64,000 nt of DNA from Pseudomonadota bacterium (GTDB taxonomy: Bacteria; Bdellovibrionota_B; Oligoflexia; Oligoflexales; CAIYRB01), in the NCBI GenBank assembly GCA_031416315.1, contig JANOTL010000202.1:1-64000 (forward strand), in the 5' to 3' direction. The position numbers were made by a program, and so were the translations under genes. Below are positions 60,818 through 64,000 of this stretch, piece by piece (the stretch's first letter is position 1; the number at the start of each line of letters is the position of its first letter). Under the pieces are notes generated by a model that was not told the origin of the DNA, ran no database searches, and saw nothing but the letters and a program-made list of their open reading frames with translations.

Positions 60818-63182
60818 ACTTGGTCATCGTAAACTTCAGCTGATCCCCGTCCAGCTCGACCAAGACCTGCCCGCCATGCGCAAGCTTCCCGAAGAGCAAC
60901 TCGTCGGCGAGCGGCTTCTTTAGCTTGTCCTGGATGACGCGCGCCAGGGGCCGCGCGCCGTAGGTCGGGTCGTAGCCTTTCTTGCCGAGCCACTTCCGTG
61001 CCGCCTCGCTGACCTCCAGGTGCACGCGCTGCTTCGTCAGCTTCTCGCGCACCTCGGCCAGGAACTTGTCGACGATTGAGAGAATCACCGACTCCTGCAG
61101 CGGGCCGAAGGAGATGATGGCGTCAAGACGGTTCCTGAACTCCGGGGAGAAGAGCTCGCGGACGGCGACGCTCTCGCCGGCGCCCAGGCCCGCCGCGTCG
61201 CGGCTGAAGCCTATGGAGCCCGTCGCCAATTCGCGCGCGCCGGCGTTCGTCGTCATGATGATGACGACGTTGCGGAAATCGGACTTCCGACCGTTCGAGT
61301 CGGTGAGCGAGCCGTGGTCCATCACCTGCAACAGGATGTTCTGGATCTCAGGATGGGCTTTCTCGATCTCGTCGAGAAGCAGCACCGCGTGCGGCGTCTT
61401 GCTCACGGCGTCAGTCAAGAGGCCGCCCTGCTCGAAGCCGACGTAGCCAGGAGGCGCGCCGATGAGCCGCGAGACGGTGTGGCGCTCCATGTACTCCGAC
61501 ATGTCGTAGCGGATGAATTCGACGCCCATCACTTTGGCGAGCTGCTTGGCGACCTCCGTCTTACCGACGCCCGTCGGGCCGGCGAAGAGGAAGCTGCCGA
61601 TCGGCTTCTCCTCGTCGCGCAGACCCGAGCGCGATAGCTTGATCGCCGCGCTGAGCGTCTCGATCGCTTGGTCCTGGCCGAAGACGACGGCCTTCAGTTC
61701 GGGCTCGAGGTCCTTCAGCGATTTGCGGTCGGTGGCGTTGACCTTCTGCGCCGGGATGCGCGCCATTTTCGCGACGACGTTCTGGACGTCCAAGGCAGTG
61801 ACCTTGAGCGGCTTGGTCGCGGTGCCACGCTTCGGCCGGAGCGCGAAAGCCGCGCCGGCCTCGTCGATCACGTCGATGGCGGTGTCGGGGAGCTTCCTCT
61901 CGCGCAAGTGGCGCGCCGCGAGCTCCGCCGCCTGCCGCAGAGCGTCGAGCGTGTAGACCACCTTGTGATGCTCTTCGTACCGGGTTTTCAGGCCTTTCAG
62001 AATCTTGATCGTGTCCTCGATGGACGGCTCGTCGACGTCGATCTTCTGGAAGCGGCGGTCGAGCGCGTGATCGTTCTTGAAGTGCTGGCGGTACTCTTTG
62101 TATGTGGTCGAGCCAATGCAGCGGAGCTGGCCGGAGGAGAGTGCCGGCTTCAAAAGGTTCGAGGCGTCCAGCGCGCCGCCGCTTACGGCACCGGCGCCGA
62201 TCACGGTGTGGATCTCGTCGATGAAGAGAACGGCGTGCTTGCGCTTGCTCAGCGCCTTCAGAACGTCCTTCAAGCGTTGCTCGAAGTCGCCGCGGAAACG
62301 CGAGCCGGCGATCAAGGTGCCCATGTCGAGCGCGAAGATCTCCGCGTCCTTCAAGGGCTCTGGGACTTCGCCTTCGATGATCTTCAGCGCCAGGCCCTCG
62401 GCGATCGCGGTCTTGCCGACGCCGGCGTCGCCGACGTACAGGGGATTGTTCTTGCGGCGGCGGCAGAGGACCTGCACCGTGCGCTCGATCTCCGCCTCGC
62501 GGCCGATCAAAGGATCGATCTTGCCTTGTTTCGCCCGCGCGCACAGGTCGACGCAGTAGAGCTTGAGCGGATCCTTGTCTTTCCTCGTCTCCTGCGTATT
62601 GCGGCGGGCGCCGGCGCGGCCGGGGCCTTCTTCGCCGTCACTGTCGCCGTCGCCTAAGCTCGGCTCGTCGTCATGATCAGAGTCGTCGTCACCCGAGGGC
62701 AGTTTCGGGCGCTCCCCGCCGTCCTCGTCCTCGAACTGCGGGTCGACGCCCGGCTTCACGATGCCGTGGGACATGTAGTTGATAACGTCGAAGCGGGTGA
62801 CGTTCTGCTTTTTCAGGAAGTAGACGGCGAACGACTCGCGCTCCGAGAAGAGGGCGACGAGGATGTTGTCGCCTTTGATCTTCTCCTTGCCCGAAGCGCG
62901 CACGTGCTGCGCCGCGCGTTGGATGACGCGCTGGAAGGCCAAGGTCGGCTGGGGCATTTGCCCGGGTTTTAAGGTGGGCGAAGGATAGTGCTCGCGGAAA
63001 AACTCCTCGAGCATTCGCCGCGTTTCGTCCAGCGAGGCGCCGCAAGCCTTGAGGGCCCGCGCCGCCGAGTCGTTGCCCAGCAAGGCCAATAGCACGTGCT
63101 CAACAGTCACGTACTCGTGGCCGCGCCGCGCCGACTCGCTCACCGCGAGATTCAGGCTGGCTTCCAGTTCCGGACTAATCAT
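60816..63182 (-). CDS. clpA: ATP-dependent Clp protease ATP-binding subunit ClpA
   Basis: Two AAA modules (GDAGVGKT, GPTGVGKT), no ClpB middle domain, IGF loop, adjacent clpS. Confidence 0.96.
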   Translation of the reverse strand: MISPELEASLNLAVSESARRGHEYVTVEHVLLALLGNDSAARALKACGASLDETRRMLEEFFREHYPSPTLKPGQMPQPTLAFQRVIQRAAQHVRASGKEKIKGDNILVALFSERESFAVYFLKKQNVTRFDVINYMSHGIVKPGVDPQFEDEDGGERPKLPSGDDDSDHDDEPSLGDGDSDGEEGPGRAGARRNTQETRKDKDPLKLYCVDLCARAKQGKIDPLIGREAEIERTVQVLCRRRKNNPLYVGDAGVGKTAIAEGLALKIIEGEVPEPLKDAEIFALDMGTLIAGSRFRGDFEQRLKDVLKALSKRKHAVLFIDEIHTVIGAGAVSGGALDASNLLKPALSSGQLRCIGSTTYKEYRQHFKNDHALDRRFQKIDVDEPSIEDTIKILKGLKTRYEEHHKVVYTLDALRQAAELAARHLRERKLPDTAIDVIDEAGAAFALRPKRGTATKPLKVTALDVQNVVAKMARIPAQKVNATDRKSLKDLEPELKAVVFGQDQAIETLSAAIKLSRSGLRDEEKPIGSFLFAGPTGVGKTEVAKQLAKVMGVEFIRYDMSEYMERHTVSRLIGAPPGYVGFEQGGLLTDAVSKTPHAVLLLDEIEKAHPEIQNILLQVMDHGSLTDSNGRKSDFRNVVIIMTTNAGARELATGSIGFSRDAAGLGAGESVAVRELFSPEFRNRLDAIISFGPLQESVILSIVDKFLAEVREKLTKQRVHLEVSEAARKWLGKKGYDPTYGARPLARVIQDKLKKPLADELLFGKLAHGGQVLVELDGDQLKFTMTK

Positions 63183-63236
63183 TGCGCGCCCTCCGCAAAA
63201 CCTGCTTCGAGACGGGGGTCGCGCCAGGCGCCGCCG

Positions 63237-63578
63237 TCAGGCTCGTTCCATCGTACACTGCAGCGGATGCTCGTGCTCCCGAGCGGCCTCGGTCACCAAA
63301 GCCACCTTCGTCTCGGCAACCTCGTAGGGAAAGATCCCGCAGACGCCTTTGCCCTTGTAGTGAACCGCCAACATGATCTCGGTCGCTTGTGCGTGCGTCT
63401 TGCTGAAGAAGCGCTCGAGGACGTCGACCACGAAGTCCATCGGAGTGAAGTCGTCGTTGTGCAGCAACACCTTGTAGAGGTTCGGGCGCTCCGCCCGGAC
63501 CTTCCGCTCGGTCAATAGACCGGTGCTACCGCCATCGTCGTCCTGCTGATTCGGATTGTCGTGCTCGTCTTGCGCCAT
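63237..63578 (-). CDS. clpS: Clp adaptor ClpS
   Basis: [25 protein letters not shown]. Confidence 0.96.
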   Translation of the reverse strand: MAQDEHDNPNQQDDDGGSTGLLTERKVRAERPNLYKVLLHNDDFTPMDFVVDVLERFFSKTHAQATEIMLAVHYKGKGVCGIFPYEVAETKVALVTEAAREHEHPLQCTMERA

Positions 63579-63919
63579 CGTCGTTTGACACCCGATCCGG
63601 AAGATATCCAAAACAAAATGGGGCGCGCCTAAGAAACGTCAAGGGCGCGCGACTCCATCGTCGCAACTTGGGCTGGGCGCGGCAAGGACTTCCGAAAAAC
63701 TAATATAATCGTACAGTTAGCAATGGTGGCGGCGCAGCGCGACGGCGCGACGCGAAAATGAGACGCCGGCGAGGGCGAAAGCGGCGTCGAAATGGCAGCC
63801 AACAGCGCGAGAGACGCGCTACGTCGAGATCAGCTCGCGCGACGGCATCCGAAAAGTTGGCACGAAAGATGAAGCGGCGAGGACGAGCGCGTGACGCGCC
63901 AATACGAAAGGACACCCAC

Positions 63920-64000
63920 ATGTCGATCTCTTTGATTCTTCTCGTCGTGCTCGTCGTCTTGCTGCTCGGCGCCGTCCCGGCATGGCCGCACAGCCGCAAC
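63920..64000 (+). CDS. DUF3309-family small membrane protein, 3'-truncated (absent from ORF track)
   Basis: AAGGA RBS; MSISLILLVVLVVLLLGAVPAWPHSRN. Confidence 0.8.
   Translation, partial: MSISLILLVVLVVLLLGAVPAWPHSRN

Noticed and set aside
63700..63999. 99-aa minus-strand ORF
   Set aside because: Overlaps the better-supported plus-strand DUF3309 gene; no recognisable features
1..64000. Prophage, IS, integron, defence island, tRNA or rRNA
   Set aside because: No integrase, transposase, phage structural, nuclease-defence or RNA gene signatures recognised by eye

Overview
High-GC bacterial chromosomal window. Gene content (many Cys-anchored lipoproteins, STAS/Zn-ribbon proteins, an ArsA pair next to mla, a giant kinase) is most reminiscent of Bdellovibrionota/Oligoflexia or a related deltaproteobacterial lineage; this is inference, not a classification. 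About 48 CDS. Housekeeping/envelope genes: prc, fur, mlaE/F/D, tatA, pyk, clpA/clpS, ABC and MFS transporters. Signalling genes: a SpoIIE phosphatase, a CHASE2-cyclase-PilZ protein and an 1886-aa kinase-AAA protein. No rRNA, tRNA, CRISPR, integrase or transposase was recognised. Most notable: (1) three tandem exported acidic proteins with divergent bodies but a near-invariant C-x15-C 'GAVGDPCMTQE...AH' tail, each behind a sigma54-like site; (2) a tatA-arsA/get3-arsA/get3-mlaEFD run with complementary ATPase motifs and a long MlaD with a possible C-terminal barrel; (3) an adenylate cyclase fused to an intact PilZ motif; (4) a DUF4331/di-heme cytochrome c/CxxC lipoprotein cluster; (5) probable pseudo-enzymes (PLD lacking HKD; degenerate PP2C on the kinase); (6) several families of intergenic palindromic REP-like elements. 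All domain calls are by eye from motifs; no searches were run.
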